Positions 1-9,261 of a stretch of DNA of 32,000 nt are shown in pieces (position 1 is the stretch's first letter; every line of letters starts with the position of its first letter). Under the pieces are notes generated by a model that searched no databases, was not told the origin of the DNA, and worked only from the letters and a program-made list of their open reading frames with translations. Source of the stretch: Minisyncoccota bacterium (lineage in GTDB: Bacteria > Patescibacteriota > Minisyncoccia > Minisyncoccales > Minisyncoccaceae); contig JBAZLS010000003.1 of the NCBI GenBank assembly GCA_041650175.1, forward strand, positions 39,917 through 71,916, written 5' to 3'. The translations under genes were made by a program, and so were the position numbers.

Positions 1-2306
1 CATTAAGGATTATTCCAAAAATGAAAGGAGCCTATCTTTATGAAAAAGATGGATACGGAATTGGAGAAAATTCTTCAACTCCATTATTTTTTAATGTTGG
101 AACAGATGATTTATCAAAAAATGATTTTGATAATAAAACAAAATCAATAAATATTATTAGCAAAGATTATTCAGAAGACCCATTGCCGATTTCTGAAGAT
201 TCTAATGATACAATTACAGAAGATTATGCAGGAGCAATAATTTTTGAAAATCCTGGGTATAGAGGAAAATGTTTGGCAATAGATTCGAATAATGAATCTC
301 TAACAGGTATTGATAAAGCAATAGGAGAAGTAGACTTAAGCGATAAGATTTCTTCTATTATAGTTTTTAATAAAAAAATACATTCCAAAAAACTTGCAGA
401 TGGAGAAAAAAATTATGTCTATCTTTATGCCGTTCGGGATTGTGGGAAAAATATAAATAAAGATAATCTCGAAATAGGCTTTTTAAATAAGGATAAAAAT
501 CCGACTATCACTATAAAAAATAAAGATATTTTTACATCAAAAATAAATAATTTTTTTAATATCATTACCGCTCTTCCCTATTTTCTGGATAAGGGAATAG
601 CTATTATCGGAGAACAAGTTTTAAACATTATTAATTACGAAAAAAATAATTTCGATAAGATTTTAATTGCAATCAATGATATAAATAAATCTCTTGATAA
701 TAATCCAGCAATAGTTAAAAATCCATTTTGTTTGTCAATTAATACAGTATTTGCAGAAAGTTCTTCTTTTCGAAAATCATATAATTGGGCTAAAGCTCAT
801 GGCAAAAATTGGCTTACATCTTTTAAAAATCAAGGAGGAACAGGTACTTGTTGGGCTCATTCTGCAGTTGGAACATTAGAAGCACAAATCAGACTTTATT
901 ACAACCAGCCAGAATTAGACCTTAATTTTTCCGAACAAATGATGATAGACTGTACCAATGGGGAAGAAAGTGCTTATAGCGGAAACGAATTATATCTTAG
1001 TCCTAATCCTTATAATTCACATCCTGATTGCTATTTTGTTGAAGTAAACGAGGATACGGTTGCAAATAGAGGAATCGCTGACGAAGCTTGTGATCCTTTC
1101 TCTGAAAGAGATACTAAAATGTATACAGGTAAAGATGTTTGTGGAACATCAGTATGTAGTGATTGGGAAGAAAGAGTTTGGAAAAATTCCAGTTATTTAG
1201 GATATGGAAATATATCAGACAATTCTTGTCCTAATAAAACACATAGCATTTCAGAAGAAGGTTTAAAAAAGATGCTTATTACAAAAGGACCATTAGATGT
1301 TGCAGGGGAATACACTTTTTATAGTGGCGGAAGCTACGAAAGAGGCGGACATGCTATGGTTCTGATTGGATACGAAACTGATAGTAGTGGTACTACCACG
1401 TGGATATTTAAAAATAGCTGGGGATCTTCTGGCTCTGGAGTAGCTGGAATGGACTTGACTAAGGATGGAGGATATCTAAAAGTAAGAAGTCTTAATAACT
1501 CTGCTCTTTATAACGCTTCTATTCCTGTCGGGCCATTTACGCCTCCATCAAATAAAGAATATTGGCCAGCAGGATTTGATGGAGAAATAAAATGCACTGA
1601 TGCTGATAATGATGGTTATTGTTTTTGGGGATCATCAGATGAAAAGCCACCTTCTTGCGACGCTTTAACTTGCGAAGAAGAAAAAGACTGTGATGATAGC
1701 GATGCAACTGGGCATATTTTTGATAGTAATTATAATTGTGGAGAAACAACAGATACTTGCACTGATGCTGATAAAGACGGATATTGTTATTGGGAGGGAG
1801 ACACAAAACCACCTTCTTGCGACGCTTTAACTTGCGAAGAAGAAAAAGACTGTGATGATAGTGATGATACTATTAAAAATATATGTTCTGAGCTTCCAAG
1901 TGGTAGTATATCTCCAGCGGAACCTATTCCTGATCCTGAACCAGATCCAGTATATGGTGTAGGGGGGTTGTATGATGTATGCAAAATAGAAATTCCGGAA
2001 TTAGAATCTGAAAGTGAGATTATGAATTTTGAAAAACTAATATCAGAACAATGCGCAGGAAAGTTCTTGAAAACAAAAAGCGGTAAGACTTACGATATAA
2101 TTTCTTTTAAAATTGGCGGTCCGGCAGGAGTAGTTATAAAAGGAAGTAATGGCAATTGTCTTTATTGGGATACTGCGAGCGTGGAAAAAACAGGGTCTTG
2201 CGTTAATGAACTTAGAGGGTCAGATATTTTTAATACAAATATCATAGCCGAAGCATTAGGAAAGACAGTAAAACCGAAAAGCATAATAGTTTTTCCAAAG
2301 GATTAA
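1..2306 (+). CDS. Secreted/cell-surface C1A (papain-like) cysteine protease with crystallin-like and MopE-like Asp/Cys-rich metal-binding repeats; probably 5'-truncated by the window edge
   Basis: ORF track 21..2306. Papain motifs: FKNQGGTGTCWAHSA (oxyanion Gln and catalytic Cys), GGHAMVLIGYE (His), FKNSWG (Asn). Two repeats of CTDADxDGYCxWxxxxxKPPSCDALTCEEEKDCDDSD. N- and C-terminal YAGAIIFENPGYRGKCLAI-like segments. The frame stays open upstream of the ATG at 21 (codons TTA AGG ATT ATT CCA AAA), so the true start is probably outside the window. Confidence 0.85.
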   Translation, partial: LRIIPKMKGAYLYEKDGYGIGENSSTPLFFNVGTDDLSKNDFDNKTKSINIISKDYSEDPLPISEDSNDTITEDYAGAIIFENPGYRGKCLAIDSNNESLTGIDKAIGEVDLSDKISSIIVFNKKIHSKKLADGEKNYVYLYAVRDCGKNINKDNLEIGFLNKDKNPTITIKNKDIFTSKINNFFNIITALPYFLDKGIAIIGEQVLNIINYEKNNFDKILIAINDINKSLDNNPAIVKNPFCLSINTVFAESSSFRKSYNWAKAHGKNWLTSFKNQGGTGTCWAHSAVGTLEAQIRLYYNQPELDLNFSEQMMIDCTNGEESAYSGNELYLSPNPYNSHPDCYFVEVNEDTVANRGIADEACDPFSERDTKMYTGKDVCGTSVCSDWEERVWKNSSYLGYGNISDNSCPNKTHSISEEGLKKMLITKGPLDVAGEYTFYSGGSYERGGHAMVLIGYETDSSGTTTWIFKNSWGSSGSGVAGMDLTKDGGYLKVRSLNNSALYNASIPVGPFTPPSNKEYWPAGFDGEIKCTDADNDGYCFWGSSDEKPPSCDALTCEEEKDCDDSDATGHIFDSNYNCGETTDTCTDADKDGYCYWEGDTKPPSCDALTCEEEKDCDDSDDTIKNICSELPSGSISPAEPIPDPEPDPVYGVGGLYDVCKIEIPELESESEIMNFEKLISEQCAGKFLKTKSGKTYDIISFKIGGPAGVVIKGSNGNCLYWDTASVEKTGSCVNELRGSDIFNTNIIAEALGKTVKPKSIIVFPKD

Positions 2307-2307
2307 A

Positions 2308-3354
2308 ATGTTTATAAAAAAGAAAAAAGAATTATTAATATTAGCTATTTTTTATTGTCTGTTTAGTTATGGAGCTGTTTTTGCGCTTGAAGTGACTTTT
2401 CCGAAAATAGGAGAACTAACCTTGAGTAGTGATTCAAATATCCCGAATACGGTCGAATATTTTTATAATGTAGGAATTGCTATTGGAACTCTTGTTGCAG
2501 TAGTTATGATAATAATTTCGGGTATTACGATATTTTTATCAAGAGGAGAGCCAGCCAAAATTAGTGATGCTAAAAAAAGAATGATAGGAGCCATATTCGG
2601 AATAATAATTTTAGGAGGGTCTTATTTAATTATTTATGTTATAAATTCAAAAATTTTTGAAATTCAAGAGCCAGAAGAACGTACTTCAAATTCTGATGAT
2701 ATAAGCGGGGTTTATTTAAAAAAATCTTCAGGAGAATCAATATTACTAACAGTTGCAACTCCAAATTTAACTGCGCAAAATTTTAATGAAAAAGCTACTG
2801 ATTTTGAAATTAAATATCCGTCAGAAAGTGAAATAAAATATGGAGCGATTTTTTTTAGCGGAACTGATTATAAAGGACAATGCTATTATAGCGGTAGTAA
2901 AGGAACTGAGAGTGGAACAGCACCATTCAGTATAAGCTCAGTATATGTATTTAAGACAACTGGAAAAGATGGAACTGCTGTGAAAATAATAAATAATGAT
3001 AACGGTAGCTGTCAGGAGTTAAGTGAAACGAAACATGGATTTTATCCAAAAACAACAGAAATTTCTTCTTATGGGACACCATTTAAACTAGTAAATGAGG
3101 ATGACGGCCATTGGATAGAGACAGGGTCAATTATATTGGATGATAAAACATTAGTGTTAATAGAGACAAGAAATAAAGAAAATTGCACTGAAACAGAGAG
3201 TGAAGATGGAGATGATAGCTCTCCATGCAATTGCCAAGTTATCCGCAAGACTGGAAATGAAACATGCTATCCGCTAAAATATGACTATTCTTATAATCCA
3301 GACAGTGTAGATACGATTAAGCCCGGATATGTATCAGTCTTTCAATTATATTAG
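2308..3354 (+). CDS. Membrane protein with N-terminal TrbC/VirB2 pilin-like region and C-terminal crystallin-like domain
   Basis: Signal-like N-terminus, then two hydrophobic helices around SRGEPAKISDAKKRMIGAIFGIIILGG (same layout as the 12086 ORF). C-terminal YGAIFFSGTDYKGQCYYSG resembles the module in the preceding protein. Starts 1 nt after the upstream stop codon. Confidence 0.6.
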   Translation: MFIKKKKELLILAIFYCLFSYGAVFALEVTFPKIGELTLSSDSNIPNTVEYFYNVGIAIGTLVAVVMIIISGITIFLSRGEPAKISDAKKRMIGAIFGIIILGGSYLIIYVINSKIFEIQEPEERTSNSDDISGVYLKKSSGESILLTVATPNLTAQNFNEKATDFEIKYPSESEIKYGAIFFSGTDYKGQCYYSGSKGTESGTAPFSISSVYVFKTTGKDGTAVKIINNDNGSCQELSETKHGFYPKTTEISSYGTPFKLVNEDDGHWIETGSIILDDKTLVLIETRNKENCTETESEDGDDSSPCNCQVIRKTGNETCYPLKYDYSYNPDSVDTIKPGYVSVFQLY

Positions 3355-3365
3355 AACAAATCCGC

Positions 3366-4220
3366 CTAGGAGAATTTTAAATAGACTTCAGTAAGTCTTA
3401 TCCAATCTTCTAAAGACAATGTTTCAGCTCTTTGAGCCGTATTCAAACTAGAAGATTCTAATATTTGTTTTATTTTATCTCGCTCCCCTATCTGGGTTAG
3501 ATTTTTTAATAGTTGCTTTCGTGGAGATGAAAAACCTGTTTTGAGCAATTTAAAAAAAGTTTCAGTAAATTGCTTATTATATAGATTTTTTTTGGGAATA
3601 AAAGAAATAACAGCGCTATCAATTTTTGGTTTTGGATGGAAGCAATTTTTGGAAACAAAAAAAGCTATTTTTGGACTTGCATAATAATTAATACTGATTG
3701 AAAGCAAGGAATTAATGTTTTTACTACAAATTCTTTCCGCAACTTCTTTTTGGATCATTAAAGTTATTGATTCTGGAGTTTTTTCATTTTCCAAAAGTAA
3801 GCGAATCAAATGAGATGTCAAATAATATGGAATATTAGCAACAACCTTATACTTTTTGGGTAATTTGTGAAATAATTCGCTATTTGGATTTTTCAGTTCT
3901 TTTATAGCATCGCCAACGATTATGTCTACATTATTTATTCCCTTTTTATCAAGAGAGTTACTAAGCCAATTGGCTACCTTGCGATCCATTTCGATTGCTA
4001 TTAATTTTTTAGAGTTTGTGGCAAGGATTTCAGTGATCGTTCCAAGGCCAGGTCCTATTTCCAAAATAACATCTCTTTTGTTTATTTTGCTTGCTTCTGC
4101 TATTTTTTTAATAATATTTACGTCATGGAGAAAGTTCTGGCCAAGGCTTTTTTTAGCTGAAAATCCTGCTATTTCGAGAGTTTTTTTAATGTTTCCGTTT
4201 GGGGAGAACTCAATTGACAT
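3366..4220 (-). CDS. rsmA: 16S rRNA (adenine1518/1519-N6)-dimethyltransferase RsmA/KsgA
   Basis: KKSLGQNFLHDVNIIKKI, ILEIGPGLGTIT, VVANIPYYLTSHLI motifs. Confidence 0.95.
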   Translation of the reverse strand: MSIEFSPNGNIKKTLEIAGFSAKKSLGQNFLHDVNIIKKIAEASKINKRDVILEIGPGLGTITEILATNSKKLIAIEMDRKVANWLSNSLDKKGINNVDIIVGDAIKELKNPNSELFHKLPKKYKVVANIPYYLTSHLIRLLLENEKTPESITLMIQKEVAERICSKNINSLLSISINYYASPKIAFFVSKNCFHPKPKIDSAVISFIPKKNLYNKQFTETFFKLLKTGFSSPRKQLLKNLTQIGERDKIKQILESSSLNTAQRAETLSLEDWIRLTEVYLKFS

Positions 4221-4300
4221 AGGGAGTAAAAAGATTAAAATAATACTATATACAGATATTGGAATAGAAACTATTAAATTTCAAGGGTTTATTTACGAGA

Positions 4301-5452
4301 ATGAACAAAAAATTATCTTTGGGCAATTATAGTATTAAGGAAAATAAAATAATCAGATTTGCAAAGACCCCAAAAGGTCGTTTTTTTGCTGTAATCCTAT
4401 GTTTTGTCTTTTTTCTAGCTGTGAGTATTAATCCTTTTGAAAAAAACAAAAATAGTAATGTTTGGGCGGATCAAGTATCTGAATTTATTAATCTTGATCA
4501 GGGATTGCTTCCAGCCAGTGGAACAATATTGGTGAATGATAATGGAGTTGCTTCTCCAATCAGCTCTCCCCTATTTGTCTCGTCAGAGAACTTGGCAACT
4601 TTGATGCAGGAAGATACTAATAGTAATCAGCAAAATGATAATTCTATTATCAAATATACGGTACAAAAAGGTGAAACGATTTCTGAGATTGCTGAAAAGT
4701 TCAGCATTTCTACTGAAACCATATTGCTTGCCAATGAACTTTCAAGTATGAAAATTAAAGAAGGGCAAGAATTGATAATTCTACCAATAAGCGGAATAAT
4801 GCATATGGTAGAAAAAGGCGAAACAATAGAGTCCATCGCCAAGCAATATGGTTCTGACTCGGAAAGAATAGCAGAGTTTAACAATTTAAACGATAAAAAA
4901 GAGGTTTATTTAGGAGATTTATTGATTATTCCAGATGGAAAACCAATTAAAACTTCTCCTATCGTTGCAGGCGGCAAAAAACAAGAAATCGACGAAGATT
5001 ATATTCCTTCTGTAGCCGAAAATATTCCTCAAATAGATTCCGTATTTATTATACCGACTAAAGGTCTTTTGACTCAGGGGGCTCATTATTCATATACTAG
5101 CGGAAGGAAGAACTATTATACAGCTGTTGATATTGCTAATGATGTCGGAACTCCCGTTGTCGCCGCTGCCGCTGGGACAATCCAGATTGTTAAGAAGGTA
5201 TGGCCATATGGAAATTATATTACAATCCTTCATGATAGCGGAGCAACAACTCTTTATGCGCATTTAAGTGCTTTTGCTGAAGGCGTACTTCCTGGGCAAA
5301 GAGTCTCACAGGGGCAGATGATTGGATATATGGGAAATACTGGACACATCGTTACTTTCAGGGGAGGAAATGGAAGTCATCTTCATTTCGAAGTCAGAGG
5401 GGCACCAAATCCTCTAGCTAGGAAGGCTACTGGAACAAAAATCAGTTATTAA
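4301..5452 (+). CDS. Murein hydrolase/activator: N-terminal TM, two LysM domains, C-terminal M23 (LytM) peptidase
   Basis: Two LysM segments (YTVQKGETISEIAEKF..., HMVEKGETIESIAKQY...). M23 signature GRKNYYTAVDIANDVGTPVVAAAAGT ... HLHFEVRGAPNPL. Confidence 0.93.
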   Translation: MNKKLSLGNYSIKENKIIRFAKTPKGRFFAVILCFVFFLAVSINPFEKNKNSNVWADQVSEFINLDQGLLPASGTILVNDNGVASPISSPLFVSSENLATLMQEDTNSNQQNDNSIIKYTVQKGETISEIAEKFSISTETILLANELSSMKIKEGQELIILPISGIMHMVEKGETIESIAKQYGSDSERIAEFNNLNDKKEVYLGDLLIIPDGKPIKTSPIVAGGKKQEIDEDYIPSVAENIPQIDSVFIIPTKGLLTQGAHYSYTSGRKNYYTAVDIANDVGTPVVAAAAGTIQIVKKVWPYGNYITILHDSGATTLYAHLSAFAEGVLPGQRVSQGQMIGYMGNTGHIVTFRGGNGSHLHFEVRGAPNPLARKATGTKISY

Positions 5453-5455
5453 ATC

Positions 5456-5480
5456 AATAGAGGCTTAAACCTCTATTTTT
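5456..5480 (+). terminator. Rho-independent terminator-like hairpin after the LysM/M23 gene
   Basis: AATAGAGG CTTAAA CCTCTATTTTT. Confidence 0.7.
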
Positions 5481-5488
5481 ATTTGTAT

Positions 5489-7000
5489 TTAATTTTGTTT
5501 ACGATAAGCAATAGCTTCAGATATATGAGAAAAAAGAATTTTCTCGCTTTTATCTAAGTCAGCGATCGTTCGAGCTACTTTTAATAGTCTATGATAACCT
5601 CTAGGAGAAAGTTTTCCAGAATCAACCGCAAGTTTAAGAATCTCAGCTGAATCTTTTTCAAAAGAACAATATTTTTTTATTTTTTCAATATTCATTTCTG
5701 AATTCAAACTGATTCCCTGCCCTAAAAATCTTTTAGATTGTATTATCCTTGCATTGGCAATATTTGTTTTTATTTTTTCTGCTTCTTCGTAATTATTTTC
5801 CGCATTTAACTTATCAAATTTTATTCTAGGTACTGTAATAGACATATCTATCCTGTCGATAATTGGCCCCGATAATTTTCTCCTATACATTTGGATCTGC
5901 GAACTATTACACATGCAGTCTTTTTCAGAGTCTCCATAAAATCCGCAAGGACAAGGATTTGCTGCAATAACAAAAGAAAATTTTGCAGGTAAAGATATCC
6001 AGTTTTTGCTTCGAAGAATTGTTATCTCTCCTTCTTCTAATGGCTGTCTTAATCCTTCAAGTATATTGCGATGGAATTCTGGAAACTCATCTAAAAAAAG
6101 TATCCCTCTATGGGCTAAAGTTATTTCTCCTGGTCTAAGTGGATTTCCTCCTCCAAGAATTGCAGCTTCGGAAGATGTATGATGAGGAGACCTAAAAGGC
6201 GGAGTTGATATCAATGGATAATTTTCTTCTAATGACCCAAGAAGACTATATATTTTTGTAACTTCAAGAGATTCGTCTTCGTTTAGCTGTGGCAATAGAC
6301 TAGCCATAGCTTTTGCAAGCATTGTTTTTCCTGTTCCCGGAGGCCCTTCCATTATTAAGTTGTGTCCGCCAGCTGCCGCAATTTCAAGCGCCCTTTTGGC
6401 ATATTCCTGTCCTTGTATCCAGACAAGTTCATTAGGAATTTCTAGCTCAGTTTTTATTATTTTCGTTTCTGCATTTATGTTTATTCTTCCTTCAAGATAA
6501 GCTAAGCAATCCGTAAGATTTTTTATTCCGATAACTTTTATTCCAGAGACAAGAGCTGCTTCACGAGCATTTTCTTTTGGCAATATTAATTCTTTAAATC
6601 CATTTTCTTTTGCTTTGATTGCGATTATAAGGGCTCCCCTAGCCTTCCTAATGTCTCCATTGAGAGATAACTCTCCTATGATAAGCTTATCTTCTGGATC
6701 AAAGCGTGCTTGTTTGGATCCAATCAAATATGACAAAGCAATCGGAAGATCAAGAATAGCTCCTTCTTTTTTTGTATCAGCCGGAGCAAGATTGATAATT
6801 ATTTTTAAATTTTCGCTTGAAGGTTTTTTGAGAAAACTATTTTTAATTGCTGAATCAATCCTTTCTTTTGCTTCTTCAATTGATTTTGAGGCAAGTCCAA
6901 CAATACTGAAAGAACGCAATCCTTTGGTGCATTCGGATTCGACTTCGATGATTTGGGATTGCAATCCAAATATATTTGCTGAAAATATTTTAGAGGACAT
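5489..7000 (-). CDS. comM: YifB/ComM family Mg-chelatase-like AAA+ ATPase
   Basis: GLASKSIEEAKERIDSAIKNS, NLAPADTKKEGAILDLPIALSYL, MEGPPGTGKTMLAKAMASLLP, FRSPHHTSSEAAILGGG. Confidence 0.93.
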   Translation of the reverse strand: MSSKIFSANIFGLQSQIIEVESECTKGLRSFSIVGLASKSIEEAKERIDSAIKNSFLKKPSSENLKIIINLAPADTKKEGAILDLPIALSYLIGSKQARFDPEDKLIIGELSLNGDIRKARGALIIAIKAKENGFKELILPKENAREAALVSGIKVIGIKNLTDCLAYLEGRININAETKIIKTELEIPNELVWIQGQEYAKRALEIAAAGGHNLIMEGPPGTGKTMLAKAMASLLPQLNEDESLEVTKIYSLLGSLEENYPLISTPPFRSPHHTSSEAAILGGGNPLRPGEITLAHRGILFLDEFPEFHRNILEGLRQPLEEGEITILRSKNWISLPAKFSFVIAANPCPCGFYGDSEKDCMCNSSQIQMYRRKLSGPIIDRIDMSITVPRIKFDKLNAENNYEEAEKIKTNIANARIIQSKRFLGQGISLNSEMNIEKIKKYCSFEKDSAEILKLAVDSGKLSPRGYHRLLKVARTIADLDKSEKILFSHISEAIAYRKQN

Positions 7001-7056
7001 GAGATTAGATTGATAAATATATTAATTTAATCTGCTGAATTTATTGTTCGCAATAA

Positions 7057-7087
7057 AAAGAGTCCGCTGTAGCGGACTCTTTTTTGA
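7057..7087 (-). terminator. Strong hairpin terminator (bidirectional-looking) between the DksA-like gene and comM
   Basis: AAAAAGAGTCCGCT GT AGCGGACTCTTTTTT, near-perfect inverted repeat with U-tract. Confidence 0.85.
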
Positions 7088-7098
7088 TCTCTTATTTA

Positions 7099-7455
7099 TT
7101 ATACTTTATGTTTAGTGCAAGTTTTTGCTTCAGGGATAGCTTTTAGCCTTTCTTCTTCTATTTCTATTCCGCAAACTTCGCATTTTCCATAGTTATTTTT
7201 TTCAATTTTTTCAAGAGCTGTATTCACATCTTTTAACGTTAATTCTAAAGCATGCTCGACTGGCAAGAGATTTTCATATTCTTCCACTTCATCTTCTTCG
7301 CATTCAATATCATCGCAATTCTCTCCAGCTGGAAATCTTGTATTCCAATCATTCCCTACTTTATTCTTTGTAGCAAATGACTCTAATTCTTTTTCTAGAT
7401 TAAGTTTATTTTGTTTTAATTTTTGTTTTAGCTCTTTTAATAATTCTGGATTCAT
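7099..7455 (-). CDS. DksA/TraR family zinc-finger protein
   Basis: Coiled-coil N-terminus, LLPVEHALELTLKDVNTALEKIEKNNYGKCEVCGIEIEEERLKAIPEAKTCTKH; 118 aa. Confidence 0.85.
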   Translation of the reverse strand: MNPELLKELKQKLKQNKLNLEKELESFATKNKVGNDWNTRFPAGENCDDIECEEDEVEEYENLLPVEHALELTLKDVNTALEKIEKNNYGKCEVCGIEIEEERLKAIPEAKTCTKHKV

Positions 7456-7472
7456 ACGGTTTTCTTATTATT

Positions 7473-9242
7473 TTATTCTTTTTCTTGAGCGTCTTCTTCT
7501 ATCTCTTCTTTTGTATTTTCACTGTTTTTTACCCTATCAGAAATTTGAGAAATTTGAATTTTTATATTTTGTTCTTTTTTCTCGTTAATATCGGATATTT
7601 TGTCTCGGAAAGTTTTTATTTCTCCAGATATTAATTGATATCGTTCCTTAAGATTTTCTCTTTCTTTTTCAGCCTTAGAGAGAGAATCTTCTATTTTCCA
7701 TCTTTCTGTTTCTACGTCTCTTCGAGCCCTTTCAGCAGATTTTCGTTGTTGCTCAAGCGTTCTGACTTCATTTTCTGTTCCAGCAGCATCGGTTCTTTTT
7801 TCTAATATTCTAATTTCTTCTTCTGATAATTTTTCCCTGTTTCTAATCTCTAAAAGTTTTCTATCTAATTCATTTTTTAATTTTGTATTTTCAAACATCT
7901 TATCTTTAATCGCAAAAGCCTCGGTCTCAATTTTTTCAAGATCTGTTTGAATGGTTCTTTTTTGTTGTTCAAGTAAAATATCTTCCCTATCTCTGCGAAG
8001 TATTTCTAATTCTAAATTAAGCTCTCTTTCTTTAGAGACTATTTTTTCAAAATTATATGTGCATTCGTTTAATTGGGCTTTCAAAGATTTTATTTCATCT
8101 TCTTTTTCTTCTTGTTCAAGCACAACATCATTTCTTTGATCTTCAATTTTCCATCTCTCCTTTTCAAATGTTCTCTTTTCGTCAACGCTTTGAGAAGCAT
8201 TTTCTTGATCTTCAATCGTCTTTTTAACTTTTTCAATCCTTTCTTTTCTTTCAAGAATAAGATCAAGTTTTTTTTCAGCTCTTTCTATTTCTAATTCAAT
8301 TTCTTTTTTTCTTTGTTCAAAAGGAATTTTTTCTTCAAGGACATTGCTAATCGCTTCTTCTGTATCAAAAGTAGCATTAGTGATTCTTCTAAGTTTTTCT
8401 TCATCAGTTTCTTCTTTCTTTTTTTTCAATTCTATTAAACTTTTTTCAGCCTCTAACGCAAGTTTTATTTTTTCTCTTTCTCTTTCTTTCTCTGAAATTT
8501 TCTTGCCCTCGTTTTCTCTTTCTCTTGCTTTTTCTGCAAACGAATCAAGCTCAGCCTGTTTGGTAAGCTGTTCAACAGATGGCATTTCAGGAATAATTAT
8601 TTCTGATTTTTGTTTTATAGCTTTTTCTTTTACTTGCCTGTTTGCAACTGCATCTGCAATATTAGTAATTTCTAATGAGTCTTTAAGTTTTTCAGCTGAC
8701 TCTTTCTCTAATTTTTCTTTTTCTAATTTTTCTTTCTCCAGTTTCTCTTTCTCTAATTTTTCTTTTTCTAATTTTTCTTTCTCCAGTCTTTCTTTCTCTA
8801 GTTTCTCTTTTTCTAATTTTTCTTTCTCCAATCTTTCTTTCTTAGCTATTTCTGACAAAGTTTTCTCCAATCTTTCTTTCTCCAATCTTTCTTTCTCTAA
8901 TTTCTCTTTTTCTTTAGCTTGAGCAAATTTTTCGTGTGCTATTTTTGAGATTCTATCTTTTTCTTCACGGCTAAGTTCATCTTTTACAATAGGACTAGGC
9001 TTTTTAGGAACACTTGATGTAATTGCAATTGTATTGAATGTTGGAATTGCATTTCCTCTGTTTGTTGAATTAAAAGAATCACCCAAGTTCGTTTTTGGCT
9101 TTTGTATCTGGAATGGAGTTACTGTTAAAGGTTCAATTTTTTTCAAAAAATTTGGATTCTCCAATGATTTTTTTTCTGCTTGAGCCAAATCCTTTTTCAT
9201 TGTTCGGATTTGACTTTTTTCTATTCTAAGGTTTTCCTCCAT
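7473..9242 (-). CDS. Large coiled-coil protein with (KEKLE)n repeat tract; function unknown
   Basis: 589 aa, Glu/Lys-rich, near-perfect pentapeptide repeats EKEKLEKEKLEKEKLE, no recognisable catalytic domain. Confidence 0.8.
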   Translation of the reverse strand: MEENLRIEKSQIRTMKKDLAQAEKKSLENPNFLKKIEPLTVTPFQIQKPKTNLGDSFNSTNRGNAIPTFNTIAITSSVPKKPSPIVKDELSREEKDRISKIAHEKFAQAKEKEKLEKERLEKERLEKTLSEIAKKERLEKEKLEKEKLEKERLEKEKLEKEKLEKEKLEKEKLEKEKLEKESAEKLKDSLEITNIADAVANRQVKEKAIKQKSEIIIPEMPSVEQLTKQAELDSFAEKARERENEGKKISEKEREREKIKLALEAEKSLIELKKKKEETDEEKLRRITNATFDTEEAISNVLEEKIPFEQRKKEIELEIERAEKKLDLILERKERIEKVKKTIEDQENASQSVDEKRTFEKERWKIEDQRNDVVLEQEEKEDEIKSLKAQLNECTYNFEKIVSKERELNLELEILRRDREDILLEQQKRTIQTDLEKIETEAFAIKDKMFENTKLKNELDRKLLEIRNREKLSEEEIRILEKRTDAAGTENEVRTLEQQRKSAERARRDVETERWKIEDSLSKAEKERENLKERYQLISGEIKTFRDKISDINEKKEQNIKIQISQISDRVKNSENTKEEIEEDAQEKE

Positions 9243-9261
9243 AGAAGATAAGAGTATTTAA

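Noticed and set aside
3922-4332. ORF 3922..4332 (+), 136 aa
   Set aside because: Antisense shadow of the well-supported rsmA gene.
7951-8922. Ser/Phe-rich plus-strand ORFs opposite the KEKLE-repeat gene
   Set aside because: Complement of GAA/AAA-rich codons gives artificial Ser/Phe repeats (NFSFSNFSFS); not independent coding.
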